A stretch of DNA of 64,000 bases from Camelus dromedarius. Taxonomy: Eukaryota. Of this stretch, positions 40,919 to 53,319 are shown piece by piece (the stretch's first letter is position 1; the number at the start of each line of letters is the position of its first letter). A program made the translations under genes and the position numbers. Below the pieces are notes generated by a model that saw nothing but the letters and a program-made list of their open reading frames with translations, made no database searches and was not told the origin of the DNA. The DNA lies in contig NC_087437.1 in assembly GCF_036321535.1 (NCBI RefSeq), forward strand, positions 13,580,001 to 13,644,000, read 5' to 3'.

Positions 40919-41092
40919 CTATAGAAGCTAAGATTTTTCTCCACATAAATAGTGGTGCCAGAAGGAAAAGGAACATTCTGTTGCTCTTGGCTTCAAATTC
41001 ATAGTATGTTAGAGCTGGAAGAGAAGACAGAGATCACCCGATCTAGCGTTTAGCTTGTCATTAGTTCAGATAGTTTCAATGTGGAAACTTAA

Positions 41093-41185
41093 CTGTTCTG
41101 CATTCTTCCTTTTCTTTGCAGAATGAAAAGCTTGGTTTTCTTCGCACCTCTAGGGAAGATTTGAAAATGAAGCCTGCTCGACCCC
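41093..41185 (-). pseudogene. Possible exon remnant
   Basis: ttgctctgttctcAG; 93 bp (31 codons). Donor looks like GTAAGT mutated to TTAAGT. Confidence 0.4.
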
Positions 41186-41341
41186 CTGAGAACAGAGCAA
41201 CAAGTCATTCTGTTATAATGGTTCTAGGCCTAAGTTAAATAAGTTATCAAGCTTTACTGGAGGAAAGGGGGAAGATCCTATGGAAGTTTCCATAGCAGGA
41301 AGGGCCAGACATATATTAAGAGGCAGGGGAGTGAAACGTAC

Positions 41342-41639
41342 CAAGTTCACTGCATGGGTCAAGTGTTTAGGAGCCACGTAGGAGGTGACCTGTCACCACC
41401 AACTACCAAGTGCTCACACGGAGATGAACATTTCGTTGCCCAGATTGGGATCCCTCCCCATGGGTGCCAGTGAGGACTTAACTTTGTCCTTACGTATTGC
41501 CGCCCCAGGCACGCCATCAGCAGTGAGATTTGATCACGAACCACAGTCCACTTCTAATTCCTCTCTGTGCATTCTCCCTACCAGGCAGCAGGACCCTGGC
41601 ACTCAGAAGAAGGGGATGGAATTCTATAACCGGAAGGGG
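41342..41639 (-). pseudogene. Exon remnant
   Basis: atttttatttcAG ... TTG|GTACGT; ends MGRDPNLGNEMFISV*ALGSWW*QVTSYVAPKHLTHAVNL in phase 0. Confidence 0.5.
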
Positions 41640-42398
41640 CTGAAATAAAAATCTCAAGGATCCTTGAGCTGTGTGATGAATGTTACTTTGGCAATCTTTT
41701 ATTTTAAGTATGAAAAACAAGGCTTCAGGGAGGAGCTTATGACTTGCTTGAGTCACAGAATATAGTTAAAAAAAAAAAAAACCAGCCAAACCTAGGATCC
41801 GAGTTGTATGGGTCCATGCACCTCAGGGCTGCTTTCATTGAATATAACTAATATGCACACACTTGTTACAACAGGTAGAACTCATCAGAAAAGGCCAGGA
41901 CAGAAAGCCCCAAAGTCTAAGGGACATATTGGTGGACAGACTCTCTGCAGACATTTGACTCTGCCTCACATGAAACCCTGGGTGAATTCTCTTTTGTTTC
42001 CTGGGTCTCTTGGTCTTTTATCTTAGACTCTGTCCGCAGGTTAAATAAGCTTTGTCTAACAATTACCCCACTAAGGTGACAGCTACCATTTGTCAATTTT
42101 AAGTTAGGGCTGGCCATTTTGCTCTTCAAGTTAAAAGGCTGGGTACCATGCTCAACAGGGGAGAGACTTCTCCTCTGAGCCACTTTTGTATCTGGGATGT
42201 CTGTTCCTTTCCTGCCCTTTTTCTGATTGCCCAAACTGTTCTCCCTAACTTCGCCTTCAGGTTGCCTCATTCCTGGTCTTTGAAAAACACAGTCCTTTTT
42301 TTGTATCCTTTGCCATTAATTTTCCATTTGGGGTTTGGCAACCGCCTTCTCCTCTAGTAATTACCAATGAAATAATATTACCTTCTCACTGCAGTTAC

Positions 42399-43328
42399 CT
42401 TCTCATCGTAAAAAGCAGAGAAGAGCCCTGCAGAGGCAGAGGCCACACTAGCCCCCTTCTCCTGGCTCTGGGAGATGGAGAGCAGTGCAGGCCAGCCATT
42501 TTGGTCACTGTAGCTGATGTCACAGATCTTTCCCACTTGAAGAATGGGATGCTTTTTTAGTCTTGATGCTTTTTTTAAGCATCCCCAGCAGAGTTATCCT
42601 GAATTTCCTATGTTCTTTTTCATCCAGTATCTTCATATAACCAAGGACATGTCGTCATAGAGTGTCAAAAGTTGTAGAGCATGGCCATGGAGAAGAGCAT
42701 GGTCATAGGCATTAACTAGTCCAGGAAAAGAAGAAACCTATGACTTCCGGAGGCAAAGAAGGTTGACATTTGCTGTGAAACCACTCCTGTTCCCATTCTT
42801 CTCAGGTTTATAAACAGAAAGTCAAAAAATGTTCACAAGTAGTCAAGGTTGTCTTCCAATCAATATGCTTCTGATCCGGAGCCTGTGTCCTGTCCTTCGC
42901 AGGATCTCATACCGTCACCCAAGAAATATTATGCATTTCCATGAAGACAAGGAGGGGATCTGAGACGGTGGAGTGTACAGTAACTTACAACCTAGCAGGC
43001 CGTTTAGTTACAGGGGTTTTCTGCATAGATCAGGGAGAAATCCCTGCAGGTGTGAGCTGAGTCTACTTTTTCTGTATGTCCCTCAGGTGTCTGCTGAGAT
43101 TGTCCTTCAAGATTTAAAGGCAGTTGGCTCAAGACCAATTTTCACATGTCCCGTAAGAAGTCAAGAGTCTTCTCTGAGACAAATGCCTGTTCCTGCTTTA
43201 TCCTTGGTCTCATTTTCTCTTGTGTCTGGTTGACTCACTTCTTTTTGTTCCGAGTTTACCCAGACAGATGCCCTCTCCTTAACTTTACGCCAAACCTGTA
43301 ATATGATGGTTTGTAGGCTGAACACATC
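42399..43328 (-). pseudogene. Large exon remnant (may extend to about 41.86 kb)
   Basis: Acceptor catcattgccccacAG after a pyrimidine tract. 930 bp; starts DVFSLQTIILQVWRKVKERASVW and ends KHPILQVGKICDISYSDQNGWPALLSISQSQEKG..FYDEK|GTAACT. The middle has many stops (near the random rate). An adjacent 117-aa ORF at 41917-42270 lies on the same strand. Confidence 0.45.
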
Positions 43329-44479
43329 CTGTGGGGCAATGATGAATGTTCACATTCACAGAAAGAAGGAGAATAAAAATGGGACATTAGATCTGTCAGT
43401 CCTCAGGCCCCCTTCAGGTCCCCACTGACCACCATCTTCCTCCCAGCTTGCCCTCCCATCCTGTTACCTGGTTTCATCTCTCTCTCATTTCTGCCTTTCC
43501 CAAATTCTTGTTTATTTCTTATGCCAGACATTTACATAAGAGCTTTTTCCTCCGTAGTACCATTGCCTTCCTAGTCATTCCTCCCTGGGTTTCAGCTTCC
43601 ACATCCAGACTGTTCTGTCCAGGCACTTGTCTAAATTGGTGCTGCCCTCTCCCTGAGAGAAACTCTGCTGCCACGTATTCAAACAGTGCTATTTTTCACC
43701 CTGCTACATTTGTTTGGACAACCGAAACACAGTACCAAATGTAAGAAAAGGGTTCAGCAACAGAATCTGAAGTCACTTTGTATTTAGAGTGCAAAACAAA
43801 GTCACAACTCACTAGTCTCAACTTCCTGGAATGTAGGCTTTTGTGTACGTCAGTGGGAAAACCGAAGTAAAAGATTTCCTCCCCACCACCTCCCCTATGG
43901 GTGTCAAGCTAACAGTCACTTTGGGGAGGGAGCAAAAGGCAGGACAAATGGCACCCACACCTTCACACCTCTTAACTGGTGTCATTACACCCTTGTTTCT
44001 GGAGCAGCAGCAGCTGAGAACCCATCCTCCACTGTCCTCTCCGGGCCACCAGAAGGGACAGCAGCAGCAGACACTGAATGGCTTCTTAGAAAGCATCATT
44101 CTTCTGAGAAAACGGACTTCTTACTGCCCCCCCCCCCCAATTCTTCCGAGTAATCATACAGATTGAGCTGCTTCACTGAGGATTTTGGAATCTCCTTGCA
44201 CACCCTGCACATTCACTGGGCAGGCACAAATACCATCTACCCTGCTTCAGTTCACCTGATAAATTAATAGGCATCTAATCTGTAAATAAGCCAACTGTAA
44301 TCTCAGAAATGAGTGATTGGATATACCATTGGGCTGCAGCTGTCTGGCCAAAAGTCAGCATTAAAAGCATTTGTCTCATTGGCTATCTCATTGCCTTGAA
44401 GAACAGGGAGAAATCCAAGATTCTCAAATGCATCACACGCATTTCCCCAGGTGGTCTGGGGGAGTGGTAAGAATCCAGG

Positions 44480-44680
44480 CTCTGCAATCAGACCCTAGGC
44501 AAGCATCCTGCCTTTGCCATTCAAAGCCCAAGTGACGCTGGACCACTTACCTAAACGTTGCATGCTTCATTTTCTCATCTGCAGTTACAGTAGACACCTC
44601 AAACAGTTGTTGCAAATACACGTACTATGTACAGGACAGAGTCTGGTGCACAGCGCCAATAAATTGAATAATTACCATCA
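44480..44680 (+). mobile_element. MIR SINE
   Basis: gtgacgctggaccacttacctaaac..gcttcattttctcatctgca. Confidence 0.7.
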
Positions 44681-45362
44681 TGTTGACAAGCAGATTCCTG
44701 CTAGTCCATGGTTAGAATATCTGATCTCACATACTTGTGTTTCTAATTGAGCTAATGCAATGCTGGGGGTGTGCAGCAGCATGCTAGGAGCGCTCAAAGC
44801 CACAAGATAAATGCAGTTCATCTTCCTGGAGCATCAGTTTGATTCCTAAGAAATAATTTAAAGGAATGAATTCACCTATCTGTAGCAATGTGCCAAAAAT
44901 GTCACTTTTGAGTGAATAAGGCAACCTATAAGATTATGTACAATGTAATAATATTTATTTTAAAACAAAAACATGGTATCTTTTCTCAGTGTATATAAAT
45001 GAGTTCAAATCTGTAGAGAAAACCCACAAATAAGTAGTGATTACTTCTGGTGAGTTGAGAGGAGATGAAATTATTGGTGGTGGCCAAGAGGGACTTCAGC
45101 TTACAGTGCTCTAAAAGTTTTCAACATGGGAGAATAGATTTATAAATTACTTGTTTAATTCACTTTTTTATTTAAAAAGCAATTCAAAACATTATTTTAT
45201 TTTGCAGTAAGACTGGGTATAAAATGGCATCGAAAATGAAATTTGCATACATTTTTTTAAAATAAAAATAGCTTGAAGAACTTTTCCAGTGGCAGGGTGA
45301 ACTATCTATCAGAGCCTCCCCATATATACATATTTACCTTATTTTGCTGTTAAAGGAGTCTT

Positions 45363-47951
45363 TTTTTTTATTGAGTTATAGTCATTTTACAATGTTGTGT
45401 CAAATTCCGGTGTAGAGCACAATTTTTCAGTTATACATGAACATACATATATTCATTGTCACATTTTTTTCTCTGTGAGTTACCACAAGATCTTGTGTAT
45501 ATTTCCCTGTGCTACACAGTATAATCTTGTTTATCTATTCTACATTTTGAAATCCCAGTCTGTCCCTTCCCACCCCCTTGGCATCTACAAGTTTGTATTC
45601 TATGTTTGTGAGTCTGTTTCTGTTTTGTATTTATTTTTTTTTTAAGATTCCACATATAAGCAATCACATATGGTATTTTTCTTTCTCTTTCTGGTTTACT
45701 TCACTTTGAACGACATTCTCCAGGAACATCCATGTTGCTGCAAATGGTGTTATGTTGTCAGTTTTTATGGCTGAACAGTATTCCATTGTATAAACATACC
45801 ACTACTTCTTTATTCATTCATCTGTTGATGGACATTTAAGCTGTTTCCATGTCTTGGCTATTATAAATAGTACTGCTATGAACATTGGGATGCAGGTGTC
45901 ATTTTGAAGTAGGGTTCATTCTGGATATATGCCCAGGAGTGGGATTCCTGGGTCATAAGGTAAGTCTATTCCTAGTTTTTTGAGGAATCTCCATACTGTT
46001 TTCCACAGTGGCTGCACCAAACTGCATTCCCACCAGCAGTGTAGGAGGGTTGCCTTTTCTCCACAGCCTCTCAAGCATTTGTCATTTGTGGATTTTTTAA
46101 TGATGGCCATTCTGACTGGTGTGAGGTGATACCTCATTGTAGTTTTGATTTGCATTTCTCTGATAATTAGTGATATTGAACATTTTTTCATGTGCCTATT
46201 GATCATTTGTATGCTTTCCTTGGAGAATTGCTTGTTTAGGTCTTCTGCCCATTTTTGGATTGGGTTGTTTGTTTTTTTCTTATTAAGTCATATGAGCTGC
46301 TTATATATTCTGGAGATCAAGCCTTTGTCGGTTTCATTTGCAAAAATTTTCTTCCATCCTGTAGGTTGTCGTTTTGTTTTACTTCTGGTTTCCTTTGCTG
46401 TGCAGAAGCTTGTAAGTTTCATTAGGTCCCATTTGTTTATTCTTGTTTTTATTTCTATTGCTTGGGTAGACTGCCCTAGGAGAACATTTTTGGATATATA
46501 TCAGATAATGTTTTGCCTATATTTTCTTCTAGGAGGTTTATTGTATCTTGTCTTATGTTTAAGTCTTTGATCCATTTTGAGTCGATGTATGTGTATGGTG
46601 TAAGGGAGTGTTCTAGCTTCACTGATTTACATGCTGCTGTCCAGTTTTCCCAACACCATTTGCTGAACAGACTGTCTTTATTCCATTGTATATTCTTCCC
46701 TCCTTTGTCAAAGATTAGTTGAACAAAAGTTTGTAAGTTCATTTCTGGGTTCTCTATTCTGTTCCATTGGTCCATATGTCTGTTTTTGTACCAGTACCAT
46801 GCTGTTTTGATGACTGTAGCTCTGTAGTATTGTCTGAAGTCTGGGAGAATTATTCCTCCAGCCTCTTTCTTTTTCTTCAGTAATGCTTTGGCAATTCTAG
46901 GTCTTTGATGGTTCCATATAAATGTTATTATGACTTATTCTAGTTCTGTGAAATATGTCCTGGGTAATTTGATAGGGATTGCATTAAATCTGTAGATTGC
47001 CTTGGGCAGTGTGACCATTTTAACAGTATTGATTCTTCCAATCCAGGAGCATGGGATATCTTTCCATTTTTAAAGTCTTCTTTAATTTCCTTCATCAATG
47101 GTTTATAGTTTTCTGTGTATAATTCTTTCACCTCCTTGGTTAGATTTATTCCTAGGTATTTTATTACTTTGGGTGCTATTTTAAAGGGGATTGTTTCTTT
47201 AATTTCTTTTTCTGTTGGTTCATCATTATTGTAAAGAAATGCAACTGATTTTTGAACGTTAATCTTGTAAGCTACTACCTTGCTGAATTCTTCGATCAGC
47301 TCTAGTAGTTTTTGTGTGGACCTTCTAGGGTTTTCTATATATAGTAACATGTGATTGGCATATAGTGACACTTTTACCTCTTCTTTTCCAATTTGGATCC
47401 CTTTTATTTCTCTCTCTTGCCTGATTGCTGTGGCTAGGACTTCCAAGACTGTTGAATAGGAGTGGTGATAGTGGGCAGCCTTGTCTTGTCCCAGATTTTA
47501 GTGGGAAGCTTTTGAGTTTTTCACCATTGAGTACTATGCTGGCTGTAGGTTTGTCATATATAGCTTTTATGATATTGAGATATGTTCCCTCTATACCCAC
47601 TTTGGTGAGTTATTATCATAAATGGATGTTGAATTTTATCAAATGCTTTTTTTGCATCTATTGAGATGATCATGTGGTTTTTGTCCCTTCTCTTATTGAT
47701 GTGATGTATTACACTGATTGATTTGCATATGTTGAACCACCCTTGTGCCCCTGGGATGAACCCCACTTGGTCATGATGTATAATCTTTTTTATGTGTTGT
47801 TGGATTCTATTTGCTAATATTTTGGTGAGGATTTTTGCATCTATGTTCATCAGTGATATTGGCCTACATTTCTCTTTTTTGGTGGTGTCTTTGCCTGGTT
47901 TCGGTATCATGGTAATGGTGGCTTCATAGAATGAGTTTGGGAGTATTCCCT
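45363..47951 (-). mobile_element. Young 5'-truncated L1 (about 2.6 kb, RT to 3' end)
   Basis: ORF2 motifs [32 protein letters not shown]; frameshifted, with YADD read as YANH. Perfect 16-bp TSD ctgttaaaggagtctt at 45347-45362 and 47952-47967. Confidence 0.97.
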
Positions 47952-48099
47952 CTGTTAAAGGAGTCTTGAAAGAAAAGCTTGAGAAGTATCACAATGATTG
48001 AATGAGAGACTACTCCTTTTTCCTCAAACTTGGTTGGTAACACAACATTCATCCACTTATCCCAGGCCAGAATGTCGGCTAGCCATCCTAGTCCACTCT

Positions 48100-48380
48100 C
48101 TTCAGCCACTTTCCAAGGCCAGCTACCAAAATCCCTCTAAAACTTGTCCACTTCTCCTAATTCTCATTTATCTAAAGTATCCTTATCTGTTGCCTAAATT
48201 ACTGCAAAAGCCTCAATACTCGCTCCCTGGCATCCATTTGCATGACCACCTTTAATCCATTGACATGCTGGTGTCCTCATGATTTTTAAAACGTAAATAT
48301 CATCAGATCATTCTGCTGCTTTGAATTCTTGGTGGCTCTGCACCATCTATTATTCATCTAAGTGCCTTAGTAGTAAAGGC
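48100..48380 (-). mobile_element. L2 fragment
   Basis: tgtccacttctcc..gcctaaattactgcaaaagcctc..ctccctggcatcca. Confidence 0.6.
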
Positions 48381-48389
48381 TACATGATG

Positions 48390-48734
48390 TGAAAGGGGGA
48401 CTAACTGATCACCAGAATATGCTTGTCTTCATTAGCATAGAGTTTTAGCTTGCAGGCAGACATCCAGGGGAAATTGATTTTGTAGATCCCCTTGTACCTG
48501 GGTAGGATCAGGTGATAAGTTCTGGCCAATGAAAAGTGATCAAACATTCCCCTCTGATCCACAGCCTCCTTGCTTTGTTCCCTTCCTCCGGTTGTATGAA
48601 GATCAAAGGTCTCTGGGTATAGAAGGGGCCTGGGTCCCTGAATCACCACATGGAGGCAAGCTACCCGCTGATGAGGAACACCTATCTTAAATTGTGGCAT
48701 GCATGACAAATAAATTTCTATTACAGTTGAGCTA
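48390..48734 (+). mobile_element. MLT1 LTR fragment
   Basis: taagttctggccaatg..gcctgggtccctgaatcaccacatggag..aaataaatttctatt. Confidence 0.7.
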
Positions 48735-49395
48735 TGTGAAATAATAAGAAATATATTGGTCTCTGCCCCTTGCTCCTGGCACAGAGCTTCCAAAACCCTT
48801 GTAATTTCCTAAGTGACGAGAACACTAGGAGGATCTCTTGTCCTAATATTTGTTCTTGGATCCATCCTTGACAATGGGCTCCAAAATCCCTTGTAACTTC
48901 TTCAGTGAACACTAGCAACATCTTTTGTTCTTAGTGGGCTCCTGGATGGTTCCTGGATGGGGGCTGGTCGCCAGAAAGACCAAGCCATGATTAGAAGCTT
49001 GGAATTTTCAGCCCACTCCCCAGTCCTCCAGAAAGGAGAGAGGTTGGAAATGGAGTTTATAATTGATCATGCTTATGTGAGGAAATTGCCGTAAAATCCC
49101 AACAGTGGGATGAGTGTTTGCAGAGCATCGAGGCTGGTGAACACATCCACATGAGGAGGGTAAAGCAACCCAACTCCAAGGGGAGAGAAGCTTCCGCACC
49201 CGAGACCATTCCAGACCTCACCCCATGTATCTCTTCATCTGGCTGCTCACCTGTATCCTTTACCTTACCTTTAACAAACCAGTAAAGAAAAGTAAGTGTT
49301 TCCCTGAGTTCTGTGAGCCCTCTAGCCAATTAATTGAACCTGAGGAGGGGTCATGGGAACCTCTGATTTGTAACCAAATCAGACGGAAGTTGATG
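48735..49395 (+). mobile_element. MER21-like LTR
   Basis: ggtctctgccccttgctcctggcacagagcttccaaaaccctt..gtgtttccctgagttctgtgagc. Confidence 0.8.
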
Positions 49396-49409
49396 AAGGT
49401 ACCAGTTGA

Positions 49410-49835
49410 ATAAGAACCATCCTATCCTCTTAATCTCCTCCCCACTCTTTCCTGCTTATCTCACCCACCCCCACTAGAATCCCAAACAGCAGCTGGAGAG
49501 GAAAAGGGAATAGCGCAGGGCAGAGAAGTACAGGGGAAACTGTCACACCTCACCTTCTCATTCACAGACTCACCCCCGGAAGCAGGTCAAAGCTGGGGCA
49601 AGGGGAGAGGAGTTTCCATTACATTCAGCTCAGGGTTTTGCATAGTATCTCTGACTGAACACTTTAACTACTAAAACAAAAAACAAACTGCATACGTACC
49701 TGTCTATTAGTTAAAGTGAACAGAAAAGTCACAGACCTGTAAGAGTTTTCACTTGGAAAAGAAAATGATCTCCCCTGACTGAATTTAAAAGAGATGGTGG
49801 AAAATGCAAAATCAATGTGTGCTTTGATTGGTGAA
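49410..49835 (+). mobile_element. Ancient LTR (LTR78-like)
   Basis: agctggggcaaggggagag..aaagtgaacagaaaagtcacagacctg..gaatttaaaagagatggtggaaa..tgctttgatt. Confidence 0.5.
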
Positions 49836-50906
49836 CTTGAGCTTCAGAAGTCCTGCCTATCCATAAACTAGTCCCATCACGGTCAGGACCACTTGGATAC
49901 CCATAATTCAGGATCAGGGCTAGAATGTGGAAAAACAGGTTTTCCAGAAGATAGAAATCTGAAGGTAGAAATATCATCCTGGCCACCTAGGGTGAAGAGC
50001 TAGTCTTGACGGTATCTGAGTACAATTCAAAAGGTGCAATATTTTTGAACATCACCTTAAATAAGGAGGCCTAAAATTTTAGTGTAGGGCCTTGCAGCTT
50101 CATGTAGTCTATAATAACATAATATCTGCTTGTTGCGCACAGATTGTCCATTTTCTGTCTAAAAAGTATTAAGTCCTGGCTCTGCCATTTATTACTTGCG
50201 GGAATTAGGGCAAGGCACCTAATCTCACTGAGCCAAAGTTTTCTCTTCTGGCTTGTAAGGCTGTTACGAAGATGACATGAAGTATGTACAGCATTTGGCA
50301 CACAGAAGGTTAATAAAATTCTTAGAAACACTTTGAATGACAAGGGCTCCACCACTGCCACTAGTCGGTTCTGACTTGATCAAGGCAGACATGTAAAGTC
50401 TAAGTGAGGGGGAGGGTCAGCCTCTCCCCAACTTGGAAGCTGGTCAGCTTAATAGTGTCTCCTGTGAAAAGTGTGTCTTTGTATATGCAACTGAAAGATG
50501 CAAAGCATATCAGCATTCCCCCAATCACATGAAGCTGCAAGGCGACAGGGCTACAAGCTACCATGGACCAGCTCAGGAATTCAGCGAGGCCCAGTATTGG
50601 GGGCTTGTTTATGTTACCCTAGCCAATCCTCATGACGGTGAGTTTGGTATCATTCTCATCACGTTCTAGATGAGACAACTAAAGCATAGACAACAACTTG
50701 CCTTTGTCATACATTGGAAGAGCTGGGATTCAAACCTAGGTCAGTCTGAGTTTAAAAGTCCAAACCATTCCTTGCAGATTATGCTGCATCCCTCATATAT
50801 AATTATTATATAACATATAATGACACATGTGGATAATGCACCATTTAAAAAATAGACAATCTTCTATTCTTTACCATTGGTGTAAATGATTAGGACTTAA
50901 TACCAC

Positions 50907-51078
50907 CTTATGTTTCCCCTGTAGGATTTATTATTTATGAGAAATGAGTTCCCCTTACAGGGCAGACTCTTCATATGTGTGGGGCCAGACTGTGCTTTCC
51001 AGCTTTCAGCCATGTGTGGGCCGCCTTCATGACCTTTGCTACTTCCAAGTGACACCTTTAAGGGACCTCCATTATCAG
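50907..51078 (-). pseudogene. Possible exon remnant
   Basis: ccttctatttgtggtAG; phase-0 frame LIMEVP*RCHLEVAKVMKAAHTWLKAGKHSLAPHI*.. Weak donor. Confidence 0.35.
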
Positions 51079-51626
51079 CTACCACAAATAGAAGGCAGTC
51101 ATAGCAATAAATACAAAGAAAACTTAACAATGACATTAGGTACTAGCTACATAACGTTTCCTCCTTTTTTTGTGCAAATAAGCTAAAAATATTCAAAAAG
51201 TGGTAAAAACTGCATCAACCTGAAAATTTCTACTTAACATGATCAGAACAATATTATAGTATTGAAAAGGGAACACTATTCAGTGGGTAATTTAGTATCA
51301 TTTAATGCTCTACCCAGGTGCCATCTCAAGTTATCACACGTCACCGAAGAGCATCTGTTGAGGTCCCCGTGGTGGCTACCGCACTTTAAGAAATGATGAG
51401 ACTAAAATGTCTTCAGGGCTCCTTCTGACCCTTCAATTTTTTCAAAATTTTTTCTACTTATGCCTCTGGCGATCCACCTATTACCTAAATTAATGTCCAT
51501 TCAAGCAGGGCTCAGCAATGCATGTGTGTGTCAGAAATACTGGTAACGGATAAACAATACAATCCTCACCCCCACTCAGAGATACGCTAACAATCAGAAC
51601 ACGAGGAAGCAAGTTATCCAACTCAC

Positions 51627-51958
51627 CTGTAACTGTAGTAGTTCCTTGAAACTGAATATATGCCCAGTGATTAAGAATGAACACTGGAAAAAAAACCTAC
51701 CTGTCAAAACATCACCGCTCACATCAGCTCAAAACTGCAAGAAATTGTACTGACCATTTTCCACCAAGGAAAGAGAACTATCAGTTCACATCTGGAGTTT
51801 ATGTGCAGTGAAGAATTGCCTTTCAGAAGTTTCTTTCTGCCTCCCCCAAATATTCTAGTTATACATAAGAGAGAAGACAGACAATTCCTAGGAAGAAGGA
51901 GGAAGCTATGCCGAAGAGAAGGCATGTATCTGCTTACTCCCTGCTGGCTCTCCGCAAC
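51627..51958 (-). pseudogene. Exon remnant
   Basis: Acceptor gtcttaatgtttacAG (alternative AG at 51888) and strong donor CAG|GTGAGT. Reads VAESQQGVSRYMPSLRHSFLLLP, then after a shift ELSVFSLMYN*NIWGRQKETSERQFFTAHKLQM*TDSSLSLVENGQYNFLQF*ADVSGDVLTGRFFFQCSFLITGHIFSFKELLQLQ. Confidence 0.58.
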
Positions 51959-52022
51959 CTGTAAACATTAAGACAATGAATAATGTATTGGGGAAATAAC
52001 AACTGATTACAAATAAGACGAC

Positions 52023-52220
52023 TTGGTAAGAGGCGGTTCTCTGTTGATCGGCCTCAGTATAGTCAAGCAGATGCTCCCACATATGCAAATACTTGTGATT
52101 TTCAAATAAAAATGTCCCTTCCGTTTCTAATTGCTCTCTTGGGAAATTTCTTTTGAAAAATTCATTAGATACAATCATCACCTCCATTAATTTCGCTGTC
52201 CCTTTCATCGACTGGGGAGC
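52023..52220 (-). pseudogene. Exon remnant (fully open)
   Basis: cttgctctccaaAG; 198 bp, 66 open codons: APQSMKGTAKLMEVMIVSNEFFKRNFPREQLETEGTFLFENHKYLHMWEHLLDYTEADQQRTASYQ. Weak donor, then a short 64-bp intron. Confidence 0.55.
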
Positions 52221-52427
52221 CTTTGGAGAGCAAGTGTAAATGATTTAGTAAAGCAAGTGACCAAATGTTATGTTTAGTTTTAAGCTATGTCCAAAGACAC
52301 CATGCCAAGGGACCAGAAGATGCTAACAGAAAAGTCAAGGGAAGAATCCTTCCAGGGGAGTCGCATGTCTAGTGTTGTTAGATATACTTCGTCTTAACTC
52401 AGATGGATTCATGACATGAAGAGGGAA

Positions 52428-52957
52428 TGTATCAGCTGGATACTACTGTATTACAAACTACCCCAAAATTCACTGACTTAAAAGAATTATTTATTATTTC
52501 TCTAGAGTCTTTGTGTTGGCTAAGGGTTGACTGATCTAAGCTGGGCTTGGCTGGGAGCAGCTCTGCTCCATGTGTCTCTCATCCTCCTCCTGGGTCCATC
52601 TGGTTGGCCTGGGCACAGCCTCGTGTCCATGGCAGAAATCCTCTCACGGGTCTTTCTACGTGGTCTTTTCTTAAGCACTTGTGCTTAAGAGCAGCCAGAC
52701 TTCTTACAAGGCTCCAACGCAGGTATCCAAAGAAAGAGCCAGAGAGAACCTATATTTCCTTATCTAAACTGGCCTTGGAAGTCACCCCCTACTACTTTCC
52801 ACTGCATTCTGTTTGTTGAGGAAGTCACACTGTCCCATCTGTTTGGAGGGGGAAAGACAGACTACTCCCTCTTGGCGGCGGAAGTGGCAAGGTTCTAAAA
52901 GGGCGTGTGGGAGAAGAAACATTTCTGTTATTATTTTTGGAAAATACAGTTTGCTAG
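52428..52957 (-). mobile_element. MLT1F/G-like LTR
   Basis: tgtatcag..acaaactaccccaaaatt..ggccttggaagtcac..tttttggaaaatacag. Confidence 0.8.
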
Positions 52958-53155
52958 AAAGGAAGCATCTCATCATTTTGCTGTCTACTCTCGTCTTCCC
53001 TTTTCCTGCCCCAGCTCTTCCCTGCCTTCTTCCTGTATTCTCTAAGAGCTCCAAGTTTTCCTCCCTCCGTTCTGCAGAATAGTTCTCTCCCAGATCCTGT
53101 TTCCTCTGCTAGTCAGAACAAACGGACTCCTTTCCCCAGGAACCTGAACTTTTAC

Positions 53156-53319
53156 CTTCTTTAGAAAGCAACCTTGTCCCCAGACTCAGATTTAGAAGTA
53201 AATAATACTTGGGCCCATTCTCTACAGGACGGCAGAGAACGGTGTGAAAGAAAATAGAAGGCAGGCTGTTCTTTGTGATGGCCATGGTCTTTGACAAGGA
53301 ATTCTCCTCGAAATAGAGC
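53156..53319 (-). pseudogene. Exon remnant
   Basis: Very strong acceptor cttcttctttactttttccAG and donor AAG|GTAAAA. Two plausible frames: ALFRGEFLVKDHGHHKEQPAFYFL.. or LYFEENSLSKTMAITKNSLPSIFFHTVLCRPVENGPKYYLLLNL.. Confidence 0.6.

Noticed and set aside
42440..42540. Ankyrin repeat in CDISYSDQNGWPALL
   Set aside because: Single partial resemblance with no flanking repeats; not enough to name a family.
43960..44216. Additional exon candidate
   Set aside because: The frame is ambiguous, and the CAG-rich/poly-C content could be an old LTR.
41900..44470. Gypsy/ERV element (LTR end TTACA+TTTGGT at about 43740, followed by gag)
   Set aside because: No second LTR and no recognisable gag/pol motifs; splice signals explain the region better.
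45916..47910. Longest ORFs in the track (up to 168 aa) as host genes
   Set aside because: They are frameshifted L1 ORF2 pieces or their antisense.
49700..49919. Exon-like open frame ALILNYGYPSGPDRDGTSLWIG.. with AG/GT borders
   Set aside because: Its downstream half overlaps what looks like an ancient LTR78-like element, so it was left out of the gene model. It also shows that false exons are possible here.
51938..51958. 21-nt micro-exon (AG..GGA|GTAAGC)
   Set aside because: The following intron would be only about 50 bp; treated as part of the larger exon.
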